Assembly (NCBI GenBank): GCA_963717505.1
Contig: OY970342.1
Span: 1,728,001-1,792,000, forward strand
Direction: 5' to 3'
DNA from: Candidatus Eiseniibacteriota bacterium
GTDB lineage: Bacteria > Eisenbacteria > RBG-16-71-46
Length of the DNA stretch: 64,000 bases
Numbering within the stretch: position 1 is the stretch's first letter; every line of letters begins with the position of its first letter. A model generated the notes under the pieces. It was not told the origin of the DNA. It worked only from the letters and a program-made list of their open reading frames with translations, and made no database searches. Shown here one piece after another: positions 18,642 through 27,334 of this stretch. The translations under genes were made by a program, and so were the position numbers.

Positions 18642-20012
18642 ATGCCGGTTTCGATCGTCGTGCCGCAGCTCGGCGAGAGTGTGGCCGAGGGAACGGTGTC
18701 CAAGTGGCTGAAGGCGGTGGGCGACCGGGTGCGCAAGGAAGAGCCCCTGGTCGAGATCCAGACCGACAAGATCAACGTCGAGATCCCGTCGCCGGCGGAA
18801 GGCGTGCTCGAGAAGATCCTGGTCGCCGAGGGCACGACCGTGCTCGTGGGCACCGAGATCGGAACGCTGGCGGGCGCCGGTGAAGCAGCCGGCGTGGCCG
18901 CGCCCAAGGCGCCCGCGGCCGCACCGGCCAAAGCCCCGGCACTCGCGAGCGCGGTTCCGTCTTTGAGTGCCCCTTCCGCTCCGGCGCCCCGCACCGAGAC
19001 CCCGCCGCGAGCGCCGATGGTCGCCCCGGTGCACTTTGGCGGTAATGGCGCCGACGCCGATCGCAACCGCAACCTGTCGCCGGCGGTGCGCAAGATCGTC
19101 CGCGAGAACCAGGTCGCGGCCGACGAGCTGTCGCGCATCCAGGGCTCGGGCGTGGGCGGGCGCGTGACGCGCGACGATCTACTCGACTACCTCGATCGCC
19201 GCTCGGCGCCCACGGCGACCGCGACCCTGGCGCCGCCTTCGGCGCCCCGCCCGCGCGAGAGCGCGCCCGCGCCCACCTTCCTCAAGGCCACGGTGGCGCC
19301 GGCCGCGGCCGGTCCGCGCACCGAAGTCGTTCCGTTCACCAAGGTGCGCAAGCTGATCGCCGAGAACATGGTGCGCGCCAAGCACACCGCGGCGCACACC
19401 CACTGCTTCGACGAGGCCGACATGAGCGCGATCGTCGCGCTCAAAAAGGAGTGGGGACCGCGGCTCGAAGCCCAGGGCGTCAAGCTCACCTACATGCCGT
19501 TCTTCATCAAGGCGGTGGTGGTCGCGCTCAAGGAGTTCCCGTGGATCAACGGCGAAGTCCAGGGCGAGACCATGGTGCTCAAGCGCTACTACAACATCGG
19601 CATGGCGGTCGGCCGCGACGACAAGGGCCTGATCGTGCCCAACATCAAGGACTGCGACCGCAAGAACCTGGTGCAGATCGCCGCGGAAGTGAACGACCTG
19701 GCGACCCGGGCACGGACCGAGCGCCTGAAGCCCGACGACATCCAGGACGGCACGTTCAGCATCACGAATGCCGGGGTCTATGGCGTGACCAACTCCTCGC
19801 CGGTGATCAACGTCCCCGAGGTCGCGATCCTCGGCGTGCACAAGATCGTCGAGCGGGCGGTGGTGCGCGACGGGCAGATCGTCGCCCGGCCGATGATGAA
19901 TCTGGCGATCGGCTTCGACCACCGCGTGGTCGACGGCGAGCCGGCGGCCAAGTTCCTGCGCCGAGTCGCCGAGCTGCTGGAGCGGCCCGAATTGCTGTGG
20001 TTCCACGTCTGA
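18642..20012 (+). CDS. 2-oxoacid dehydrogenase E2 (dihydrolipoamide acyltransferase)
   Basis: Lipoyl domain PQLGESVAEG...TDKINVEIPSP, E3-binding SPAVRK...GSGVGGRVTRDD, catalytic GTFSITN and DHRVVDG. Substrate class not assignable. Confidence 0.93.
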   Translation: MPVSIVVPQLGESVAEGTVSKWLKAVGDRVRKEEPLVEIQTDKINVEIPSPAEGVLEKILVAEGTTVLVGTEIGTLAGAGEAAGVAAPKAPAAAPAKAPALASAVPSLSAPSAPAPRTETPPRAPMVAPVHFGGNGADADRNRNLSPAVRKIVRENQVAADELSRIQGSGVGGRVTRDDLLDYLDRRSAPTATATLAPPSAPRPRESAPAPTFLKATVAPAAAGPRTEVVPFTKVRKLIAENMVRAKHTAAHTHCFDEADMSAIVALKKEWGPRLEAQGVKLTYMPFFIKAVVVALKEFPWINGEVQGETMVLKRYYNIGMAVGRDDKGLIVPNIKDCDRKNLVQIAAEVNDLATRARTERLKPDDIQDGTFSITNAGVYGVTNSSPVINVPEVAILGVHKIVERAVVRDGQIVARPMMNLAIGFDHRVVDGEPAAKFLRRVAELLERPELLWFHV

Positions 20013-20033
20013 GAAGTTCGGAGTGAACGCAAG

Positions 20034-20732
20034 ATGATGCTCACCGCCTGCCACCTGGGCCCGACCGACTACCGCGAGGGGCTCGAGCTGCAGCGCAGCC
20101 TGGTCGAGGCCCGCGCCGCGGGCGAGACCGGCGACCTGCTGCTGTTTCCTGACCACCCGCCGGTGCTGACCGTGGGCCGAAGCGGGCGGGAAGAGAGTCT
20201 CCGGGTGGATCGCGAAACCCTGGCGCGGCAGGGCATCGAAGTGTTCGACGTCAGCCGCGGCGGCGACGTGACCTGGCACGGGCCGGGGCAGCTGGTCGGC
20301 TATACGCTGGTCGACCTGGCCGCGCGCGGGCGCGACCTGCACGTGTTCCTGCGGGGAATCGAAGACGTACTGATCCGCGTGTTGGCCGGCTACGGCATCG
20401 CCGCCGATCGCTCGGCGGGCCGCACCGGCGTCTGGGTCGGCGAGCGCAAGATCGCCTCGATCGGGATCGCCGTGCGCCGTTGGGTCAGCTACCACGGCTT
20501 CGCGCTCAACGTGTGCCCCGAACTTGCGGCGTTCGAGGTCATCCACCCATGCGGGCTCCAGGGCGTGCGGATGACCTCGGTCGCCGATCAGCTGGGCGCA
20601 TCGGCGCCCGGGATCGACGTGGTGCGCGAGCGCGCGGCGCACGAATTCGCCGAACGGTTTGGGTACGATGGCTGCACATGGATGGCAGCCCACGAAGTGC
20701 GTTCGATGGCCGCGGGAAGGACGGCGGCATGA
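20034..20732 (+). CDS. lipB: Lipoyl(octanoyl) transferase
   Basis: HPPVLTVGR, RGGDVTWHGPGQLVGY, TGVWV, KIASIG, HGFALNV, IHPCGL. Confidence 0.95.
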   Translation: MMLTACHLGPTDYREGLELQRSLVEARAAGETGDLLLFPDHPPVLTVGRSGREESLRVDRETLARQGIEVFDVSRGGDVTWHGPGQLVGYTLVDLAARGRDLHVFLRGIEDVLIRVLAGYGIAADRSAGRTGVWVGERKIASIGIAVRRWVSYHGFALNVCPELAAFEVIHPCGLQGVRMTSVADQLGASAPGIDVVRERAAHEFAERFGYDGCTWMAAHEVRSMAAGRTAA

Positions 20733-21163
20733 ACCGCAAAGGGCGACTGCAGATCACGTTGTTCACGGTGACTGAGGCGAACGCGACCGCGGCCGAGATC
20801 CGCCCCGAGCTGGAAGAGCTGATGCGGGCGCAGCGCGAGCTGAACCTGGTCCAGGCACGGATCGAGGTGCTGGATCTGGCGGCATCGGGGGCCACCGCCG
20901 AGAATCCCGACGCACGCGAGCTGAGAAGCCTCCAGACCCGGCGCATGGTGCTGGCGGCTCGGGTCCGCCGCGGCATCGCCCTGGTGCACCGCCGCGGGGC
21001 ACTGGTCAAGGATCTCGAGCGCGGCCTGGTCGACTTCTACGCCCTGTCCGGAGATCAGCTGGTGTTCCTGTGCTGGCAGGTGAGCGAACCCGAAGTGTCG
21101 CACTGGCACTCGCTCGCGGGGGGATTCGCGTCGCGGCAGCGGGTGGAGCGCGAGGTCGAGTGA
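20729..21163 (+). CDS. DUF2203 family protein
   Basis: FTVTEAN...LVKDLERGLVDF...VFLCWQVSEPEVSHWH....GFASR pattern. Confidence 0.8.
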   Translation: MNRKGRLQITLFTVTEANATAAEIRPELEELMRAQRELNLVQARIEVLDLAASGATAENPDARELRSLQTRRMVLAARVRRGIALVHRRGALVKDLERGLVDFYALSGDQLVFLCWQVSEPEVSHWHSLAGGFASRQRVEREVE

Positions 21164-22299
21164 TGCTCACCGCCGAAGCGCGGCCGTTTGCCGACTACAC
21201 CGGGCTCACGGCCGGAGAGATCCGGGAACGCACCTGGGCGGCCAAGGAGGCACTCGGCGCGCGACTGGTGATCCTGGGCCACCACTATCAGCGCGAGAGC
21301 GTGATCGAATTCGCGGACTTCCGCGGCGACTCGTTCAAGCTGGCGCAGCTGGCGGCGAGTCGCGGCGACGCCGAGTTCATCGTGTTCTGTGGTGTCCATT
21401 TCATGGCCGAATCCGCCGACGTCCTGCGCCAGCCGCATCAGACGGTGATCCTGCCCGACCTGAGGGCGGGCTGTTCGATGGCCGACATGGCCCGGATCGA
21501 AGACGTCGAGGAGGCGTGGGAGCGGTTGGTCGAGGTTCATGGCGAGACGATCGTCCCGATCACGTACATGAACTCGACCGCCGCGATCAAGGCCTTCTGC
21601 GGCGCCCGCGGCGGCGTGGTGTGCACGTCGTCGAACGCGCGCACGGTGCTCGAGTGGGCGTGGGCGCAGAAGCCCCGCGCCTTCTTCTTTCCCGACCAGC
21701 ATCTCGGGCGCAACACGGCGTTCGCGATGGGAGTGCCGCTCGCGCACATGGCCGAGTGGGACTGGCGCGCCGAGCAGCTCGACCCCGCCAACGGCGATGC
21801 CTTCCGCCCCGAAATCCGGCTCATCCTGTGGCGCGGGTTCTGTTCGGTGCACACCAAGTTCCAGAAACACATGATCGACGAACTGCGCGCCGCCGACCCC
21901 AAGGTTCGGGTGCTGGTCCACCCCGAGTGTCCGTTCGAGGTGGTGCAGAACGCGGATCTGGTCGGCTCGACCGAGTTCATCATCGATCAGGTGAAGCGGG
22001 CGCCAGCCGGAACCCACTGGGCAATCGGCACCGAAATCAATCTGGTGCACCGTCTGGGGCTCGAGCACCCGGAACAGCGCATCGAGTCGCTGCAGAAGAA
22101 CGTGTGCCCGTGCGCGACCATGAACCGCATCGATCCCGCGCACCTCCTGTGGTCGCTCGAGAATCTGGCCGACGGCCACGTCGTGAATCCGGTGCGCGTT
22201 TCCGATGACGTGCGGAACCACGCGCGCACGGCGCTCGATCGGATGCTGGCGCTCAAAGGCACCGGGCAGATCGCGGCCCGCGAGATGGCGAGGGACTAG
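21163..22299 (+). CDS. nadA: Quinolinate synthase
   Basis: LGHHYQ, FCGVHFMAE, AGCSMA, YMNS, PDQHLG, CSVH, HPEC, CPCATM. Confidence 0.95.
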   Translation: MLTAEARPFADYTGLTAGEIRERTWAAKEALGARLVILGHHYQRESVIEFADFRGDSFKLAQLAASRGDAEFIVFCGVHFMAESADVLRQPHQTVILPDLRAGCSMADMARIEDVEEAWERLVEVHGETIVPITYMNSTAAIKAFCGARGGVVCTSSNARTVLEWAWAQKPRAFFFPDQHLGRNTAFAMGVPLAHMAEWDWRAEQLDPANGDAFRPEIRLILWRGFCSVHTKFQKHMIDELRAADPKVRVLVHPECPFEVVQNADLVGSTEFIIDQVKRAPAGTHWAIGTEINLVHRLGLEHPEQRIESLQKNVCPCATMNRIDPAHLLWSLENLADGHVVNPVRVSDDVRNHARTALDRMLALKGTGQIAAREMARD

Positions 22300-23408
22300 T
22301 GAGCCTGCCGAACGATCCCAGTGTGAGCCAGCCGAAAGAACTCCGAGCGAGCTTGCCGAGCGATTCCAAAGCGAGCCCGCCTAGCGATTCCCCAATCCGC
22401 ATCTATGGTGCGCCGAGACCCGCGGTGCCCGAACGGCTCCCGGTCACGCCCCGCTTTGGCGGCTGTGCTTCGGGCGCCGGGATCGGCGTCGGCGCCGACG
22501 CCGCGGCGATCGGGCACGGCCCGGGCGGCCATCGTCGCCTGCCCGACTGGCTCAAGGTGCGTCTGCCCGGGGCCGGCGAGTACGCCGGGACCAAGGCGTT
22601 GCTGCGCGAGCGGCGCCTGCACACGGTGTGCGAGGAAGCGCGCTGCCCGAACCTCGGCCACTGCTGGGAGCGCGGTACGGCGACCATCATGATCCTCGGC
22701 GACCTGTGCACGCGGCGCTGCGGCTTCTGCGCGGTCGCGCCGGGGCGGCCCAACGGCTATGTCGACTGGGAGGAGCCGATCCGCGTCGGCGAGGCGGTCG
22801 CGGCCATGGGCCTGCGCCATACGGTGATCACCTCGGTCGCGCGCGACGACCTGTCGGACGGCGGCAGCACGATCTTCGCGCAGACGATCCGCGAGATCCG
22901 CAGTCGGTCGCGGACGGTGATCGAGGTCCTGGTGCCCGACTTCCGCGGCCACGAAGACGATCTGCAGCGCGTGATCGACGCCGGCCCGGAGGTCATCAAC
23001 CACAACATCGAGACGGTCGAGCGGCTGCATCCGGTGGTGCGGCCGAGTGCCCGCTACCCACGTTCGCTCGAGCTGCTGCGCCGGGTGAAAGAGCGCGGAC
23101 ACGGCATCAAGTCCAAGTCGGGCATCATGCTCGGCCTGGGCGAGCAACCCGACGAGGTGCTCGAAACGCTGCGCGACCTGCGCGCGCACGGCTGCGACCT
23201 GTTGACCATCGGCCAGTACCTCAGGCCCTCGCCGAACCATCTGCCGGTGGTCGAGTTCGTCCACCCCGATGCGTTCCGCAAGTGGGGGGAACAGGCGGCG
23301 GCGCTCGGATTCGAGAACGTTGCGTCGGGACCGCTGGTGCGCTCTTCGTTCCACGCCGACGAGCTGGCCGGCACCGTGCGGCCGGGGGAAAGCAGCCGAG
23401 GCGCCTGA
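22299..23408 (+). CDS. lipA: Lipoyl synthase (radical SAM) with N-terminal extension; start uncertain
   Basis: CEEARCPNLGHC (Cx4Cx5C), CTRRCGFC (Cx3Cx2C), NHNIETV, TIGQYL, LVRSSFHA. Confidence 0.95.
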   Translation: MSLPNDPSVSQPKELRASLPSDSKASPPSDSPIRIYGAPRPAVPERLPVTPRFGGCASGAGIGVGADAAAIGHGPGGHRRLPDWLKVRLPGAGEYAGTKALLRERRLHTVCEEARCPNLGHCWERGTATIMILGDLCTRRCGFCAVAPGRPNGYVDWEEPIRVGEAVAAMGLRHTVITSVARDDLSDGGSTIFAQTIREIRSRSRTVIEVLVPDFRGHEDDLQRVIDAGPEVINHNIETVERLHPVVRPSARYPRSLELLRRVKERGHGIKSKSGIMLGLGEQPDEVLETLRDLRAHGCDLLTIGQYLRPSPNHLPVVEFVHPDAFRKWGEQAAALGFENVASGPLVRSSFHADELAGTVRPGESSRGA

Positions 23409-23418
23409 CGCCGATACC

Positions 23419-23444
23419 CCTGTGAAATCGGCACTTTTCACAGG
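23419..23444. promoter_or_regulatory. Palindrome after lipA (terminator or operator)
   Basis: CCTGTGAAA-N8-TTTCACAGG perfect 9-bp inverted repeat, AT-rich for this genome. Confidence 0.45.
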
Positions 23445-23586
23445 TTCGTTCGCAGGCTATTGTCCTCCGCCGAGGTAGACCGGGACCTGATTTGGCCGCC
23501 GATTGTACGCAGTGCTCCCCTGGGGCGTTCCCCCGCTACGCGCCCTTTCCGCCGGCAAGATCGACCCCTCCGGTCGGCAATTGAAA

Positions 23587-24789
23587 ATGAAGATCGTCTG
23601 CATTGGTGGCGGGCCTGCCGGCCTCACCTTCGCCATGCTCGCTCGTCTTTGTCATCCGGAGGCGGAGGTCACGGTCCTCGAGCGCAATGCTCGCGGCGTG
23701 ACGTACGGTTGGGGCGTCGTGTTCCCGGAGGCTCTGCTCCGCGGAATGAGCCGCCACTGTCCCGACACCGCCACCGAGATCGCGCGTTCGGCGACGATGT
23801 GGATCGACCAGCACGTTCACGTTCGCGGGGCGCGCCCGGCTCATCTCGGCCGCCACGGGTACAGCATCGGCCGCGCCGAACTGCTCGAGATCCTCGGGTC
23901 GCGGGCGGAGCGTCTCGGGGTGTCGATCCAGTGCCAGGACGTCGTGGACGACCTGGGAATCCTCGAGGATGCTGACCTGGTGGTGGCCGCCGACGGTGCG
24001 AACAGCCGGTTGCGGGCGAGTCGCGCCGGGCGCTTCGGCACGCGCGTCCTGAGCGGTCAAAACCGGTACATATGGCTCGGCACCAGTCGAGAGTTCCCGG
24101 CGTTCACGTTTGGCTTCGAATCGACGCCGGCGGGATGGATCTGGTTCCACGCTTATCGCTACGCGCCGGCGGCCAGCACGTTCATTGCCGAGTGCTCGGC
24201 GGAAACCTGGCAGGGCCTGGGACTCGACCGGTTGGACGCCGCGTGCACGACCCGGCGTCTCGAGGAGATCTTCGCCGGCTACCTGGACCGCCATCGGCTC
24301 ACCGATCAGATGGGGCCGCTGGGCAAGGTCGGTTGGCAAACCTTCGGCACGATTTCGAATGAGACCTGGGTCGACGGGAACCTCGTGTTGATCGGCGACG
24401 CGGCGCACACCGCGCACTTCTCGATCGGTTCCGGAACGCTCTTGGCGGTCGGCGACGCCCTGGCCCTGGCCGATCAACTGCGCACCCGCGCGGCGCTGCC
24501 GGCCGTGCTCGCGGCCTATGAAGCGCAGCGCCGCCCTGAGGTCGAGCACTTCCAGGCCGCGGCCCGCAACAGCGCCTCGTGGTTCGAGAGGATTCCAGAG
24601 CTGATCGAGCAGCCGGCGGTGGATTTCGCCTACGGCTTGCTGCGGCGGCGCGAGGGGCCGTCGGTGCGGAGCGAGACCGGTCCGCGCTGGCGCTACCCGA
24701 TGTACCGAGCCATGCAGTGGGGTGTCTTGTCCGAAGCGCGGCGCTGGATCACGGCCACGCGACGGAGGTGGCGCCCGAAGTACCGCTAG
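23587..24789 (+). CDS. FAD-dependent monooxygenase (salicyloyl-CoA 5-hydroxylase N-domain-like)
   Basis: IGGGPAGL, TYGWGVVF, ADGANS, YIWLG, FHAY, LIGDAAHTAHFSIGSGT, NSASWFE. Confidence 0.85.
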   Translation: MKIVCIGGGPAGLTFAMLARLCHPEAEVTVLERNARGVTYGWGVVFPEALLRGMSRHCPDTATEIARSATMWIDQHVHVRGARPAHLGRHGYSIGRAELLEILGSRAERLGVSIQCQDVVDDLGILEDADLVVAADGANSRLRASRAGRFGTRVLSGQNRYIWLGTSREFPAFTFGFESTPAGWIWFHAYRYAPAASTFIAECSAETWQGLGLDRLDAACTTRRLEEIFAGYLDRHRLTDQMGPLGKVGWQTFGTISNETWVDGNLVLIGDAAHTAHFSIGSGTLLAVGDALALADQLRTRAALPAVLAAYEAQRRPEVEHFQAAARNSASWFERIPELIEQPAVDFAYGLLRRREGPSVRSETGPRWRYPMYRAMQWGVLSEARRWITATRRRWRPKYR

Positions 24790-24856
24790 GGTCCCAGGCC
24801 GAGCCGTCCTGCTCGGGGTCGGGCGGTCGCGGTGTGGCGGCGGCGCGCCCGATGCT

Positions 24857-26812
24857 CTAGCCCCGCTCGCCCTCGCCGGGGCGCAGCTCGTGGCGATCGA
24901 GCATGCGGTAGAGCGTGCTGCGCGCCACGCCCAGGGAGCGGGCGGCGCCGCTCAGATTGCCGCGCGAGTAGTTGAGCGCGCGCAACAGCGCGGCGCGCTC
25001 CGCAGACGAGCGCAGATCGCCGCGTTCGTGGGACTCGGTCGACTCCTCGATCGGCAGGTGCCAGAGCTCGATCCGCGGGGCGTCGCCGGCCAGAACCACG
25101 GCGTAGTTGAGCGCACTGCGCAATTCGCGCACGTTGCCGGGCCAGTCGTGCTTCTCGATCCACATCAGCGCATCGTGTGAAAGGGCTGGCGGCTGGCTCA
25201 GTCCGCGCGTTCGAGCGATGCCTTCGAGCAGGGCTTCGGCCAGCTCCCGGCGATCATCGCGGTCGCGCAGGGGAGGCAGCCGCAGCACGACGCCGCGCAT
25301 CCGGAAGTACAGGTCGCTGCGGAAGCGCCCCTGCTCGACCAGCGTCGGCAGCTCGCGACTGGTTGCCGCGATCAGGCGAACGTCGGCGCGACGCTCCGAG
25401 GCTTCGCCGACGCGATAGAACGTTCCGTCTTCGAGGAATCTCAACAACGCCGCCTGGGCGGGCGACGACATTTCGCCGACTTCGTCCAGGAACAGCGTTC
25501 CGCCGTCGGCTGTGGCGAGCTTCCCGGTGCGCCCGGTCGGGGCGGCGCCGGTGAACGAGCCGGGTCCATAGCCGAACAACTCGGACTCGAGCAGGGTGCC
25601 GGCGAGCGCTCCGCAGTTGACCGCGACGAACGGCGCGCGCCCGCGAGCGCTGCTGGCATGGATGGCGCGAGCGAAGATCTCCTTGCCCGCGCCGGTCTCG
25701 GCGAGCAGCAGGATCGGCAGATCGGTGCGCGCGAAGCGCGCGGCCTGGCTGCGTGCGGCGACCACCGCGGCATCGGTGCCGACGATGGTCGAGAAGGCTT
25801 CCGGTACCGAATCTCCGATGCGGGTTGCTCGCCGGCGATCGCTGCGTTGCCGCAGATGGACGATCGCCGCGAAGGGGTCGTCGGGCGGGCCGATGGGCTC
25901 GAGCTCGACGCGCAAACCGTCGGGCAGTGGGCGGCCCGCGTTGCCTCCGGTCGAACGGGATTGGACGAAACGGACGATCTCGGACGGCTGCAGTCCCGGA
26001 AGCAGGTTCCGGAAATGGGGGTTGATCCGGCGCACGTGCCCGGTCATTTCGACCAGGAGCGTCGCATGAGGGAGCCCCCCGAGCAATCGCTCCAACCCGA
26101 ACAGACCGCCCGGGTGCGCGGCGTCGTACGTGCGGGCCACGATCAGGGCCTCGATCGCCGCCGCCGTGGCGACTACGGAGGCGTGGATGAAGCTGTCCGC
26201 GGAGGCGATCGGCCCGGTGGCATCGAGGATGCCGACCAACCGTTGGCGGATGTCGCGCACGGGAGATGCATAGCAGGCCAGTCCGTGATTGCGTCGCTCG
26301 AAGTGCTCGACGCCGACCACCGACACCGGCGAATCCTCGGCCAACGTCGTTCCGATTCCGTTGGTGCCTCGGGCTTGCTCCGACCACACCGCGCCCTCGA
26401 CCACGCGGCTTTGCGTGACCATCGAACGAAACGGCTCGGAGATCCGCCGGGCGACGACCATGCCGCGGGCGTCGCAGAACAACCCGCAATAGCCGGCGCT
26501 CGCGATCGACGAAGCAAAGGCGTCGAAGGGCGCTCCAGTGGCGAGCAAGGGGGAGAATCGTTCGAGCGCCTCGGGGAGGGCGTCGAGGGCCATGCGTGGC
26601 TCGCCCGGATTGTCCGCCGACAGCCCGGTGTCCCGACACCTCTGCCACCGTCTGAGGACCAGGCTGCTTTCGATCTCATCCGGGGAACAGGCTCCGGATT
26701 GGAATCGTTCCCAGAGCTGGAGATCTGTGGCTGACTGCTGGATGGGGGTCACGTCATGAACGATATCCCCGGTTCCACAGGGCTTCAATAGCGAACCCAC
26801 CAGCGACGCCAT
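24857..26812 (-). CDS. Sigma54-dependent activator with N-terminal GAF domain (AcoR-like)
   Basis: WSEQARGTNGIGT GAF motif; ETGAGKE, SELFGY..GSFTGA, LFLDEVGEM, FRSDLYFR, WPGNVREL; Fis-type HTH AARSLGVARSTLYR. Confidence 0.92.
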   Translation of the reverse strand: MASLVGSLLKPCGTGDIVHDVTPIQQSATDLQLWERFQSGACSPDEIESSLVLRRWQRCRDTGLSADNPGEPRMALDALPEALERFSPLLATGAPFDAFASSIASAGYCGLFCDARGMVVARRISEPFRSMVTQSRVVEGAVWSEQARGTNGIGTTLAEDSPVSVVGVEHFERRNHGLACYASPVRDIRQRLVGILDATGPIASADSFIHASVVATAAAIEALIVARTYDAAHPGGLFGLERLLGGLPHATLLVEMTGHVRRINPHFRNLLPGLQPSEIVRFVQSRSTGGNAGRPLPDGLRVELEPIGPPDDPFAAIVHLRQRSDRRRATRIGDSVPEAFSTIVGTDAAVVAARSQAARFARTDLPILLLAETGAGKEIFARAIHASSARGRAPFVAVNCGALAGTLLESELFGYGPGSFTGAAPTGRTGKLATADGGTLFLDEVGEMSSPAQAALLRFLEDGTFYRVGEASERRADVRLIAATSRELPTLVEQGRFRSDLYFRMRGVVLRLPPLRDRDDRRELAEALLEGIARTRGLSQPPALSHDALMWIEKHDWPGNVRELRSALNYAVVLAGDAPRIELWHLPIEESTESHERGDLRSSAERAALLRALNYSRGNLSGAARSLGVARSTLYRMLDRHELRPGEGERG

Positions 26813-26906
26813 TTCAGTGACGATTGTCGCGCTGGGCGGGTCAGCGCGTATCGTTTCGCTACACTCAACTGGCCATTCCAGGCTCCAAGACAGCCATTTC
26901 CATGGT

Positions 26907-26922
26907 CGGCCCGGCTCTTGCT
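26907..26922 (+). promoter_or_regulatory. Sigma54 -24/-12 promoter
   Basis: CGGCCCGGCTCTTGCT: GG-N10-GC with TTGCT at -12; divergent from a sigma54 activator; imperfect palindrome CGTATCGTTTCGCTACA at 26847-26863 as possible UAS. Confidence 0.7.
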
Positions 26923-26932
26923 AGAAGATATT

Positions 26933-27020
26933 GAACAGAATCTCTCTCTGTTTAGGGAGGTGCTGTTTGCGGCCCCTTGGGTGCGGCCCCCAAGCCCGCG
27001 GCGGTGCCTCCTACTTTTTT
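26933..27020 (+). ncRNA. Candidate ~88-nt structured RNA / attenuator
   Basis: Starts at predicted sigma54 +1; hairpin AACAGA/TCTGTT, long imperfect hairpin 26953-27013, then T6 at 27015-27020. Confidence 0.4.
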
Positions 27021-27070
27021 GCGGGGACAAGCCCCCGTCGCCCGCGAGCTGGTTCGTCTAGAATCGCGTC

Positions 27071-27328
27071 ATGCCTCGATCCCCCGATGCAGTGAAGCGC
27101 GAGCTGCGGCAGCACATCGTCGGCCGCTACCTGCCGGGCGAAGACCCCGAACGGCTCACCGAAGACCTCGAGCTCCAGACCTCCGGTGTCCTGAACTCGG
27201 TCAACACCCTGGAACTGGTTCAGCACCTCGAGACCACCTACGGGATCTCCATGACCGCGCACGAGATCGCGACCCGGCTCTCCACGGTGCGAGCCATCGC
27301 TGCTCTGGTCGTCGAAAAGGCCACCTGA
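27071..27328 (+). CDS. Stand-alone peptidyl/acyl carrier protein (PltL-like)
   Basis: 85 aa; GVLNSVN phosphopantetheine Ser motif (NS rather than DS); TAGAAT 6 nt upstream suggests a leaderless start. Confidence 0.85.
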   Translation: MPRSPDAVKRELRQHIVGRYLPGEDPERLTEDLELQTSGVLNSVNTLELVQHLETTYGISMTAHEIATRLSTVRAIAALVVEKAT

Positions 27329-27334
27329 TCGACG

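Noticed and set aside
23419-23444. Rex or CRP site
   Set aside because: TGTGA/TCACA half-sites are 12 nt apart, not the 6-nt spacing of those regulators.
23587-24789. Flavin-dependent pyrrole halogenase (PltA-like)
   Set aside because: GWIWFHAY only superficially resembles WxWxIP; GWGVVF and HFSIGSGT motifs fit the salicyloyl-CoA hydroxylase-like group.
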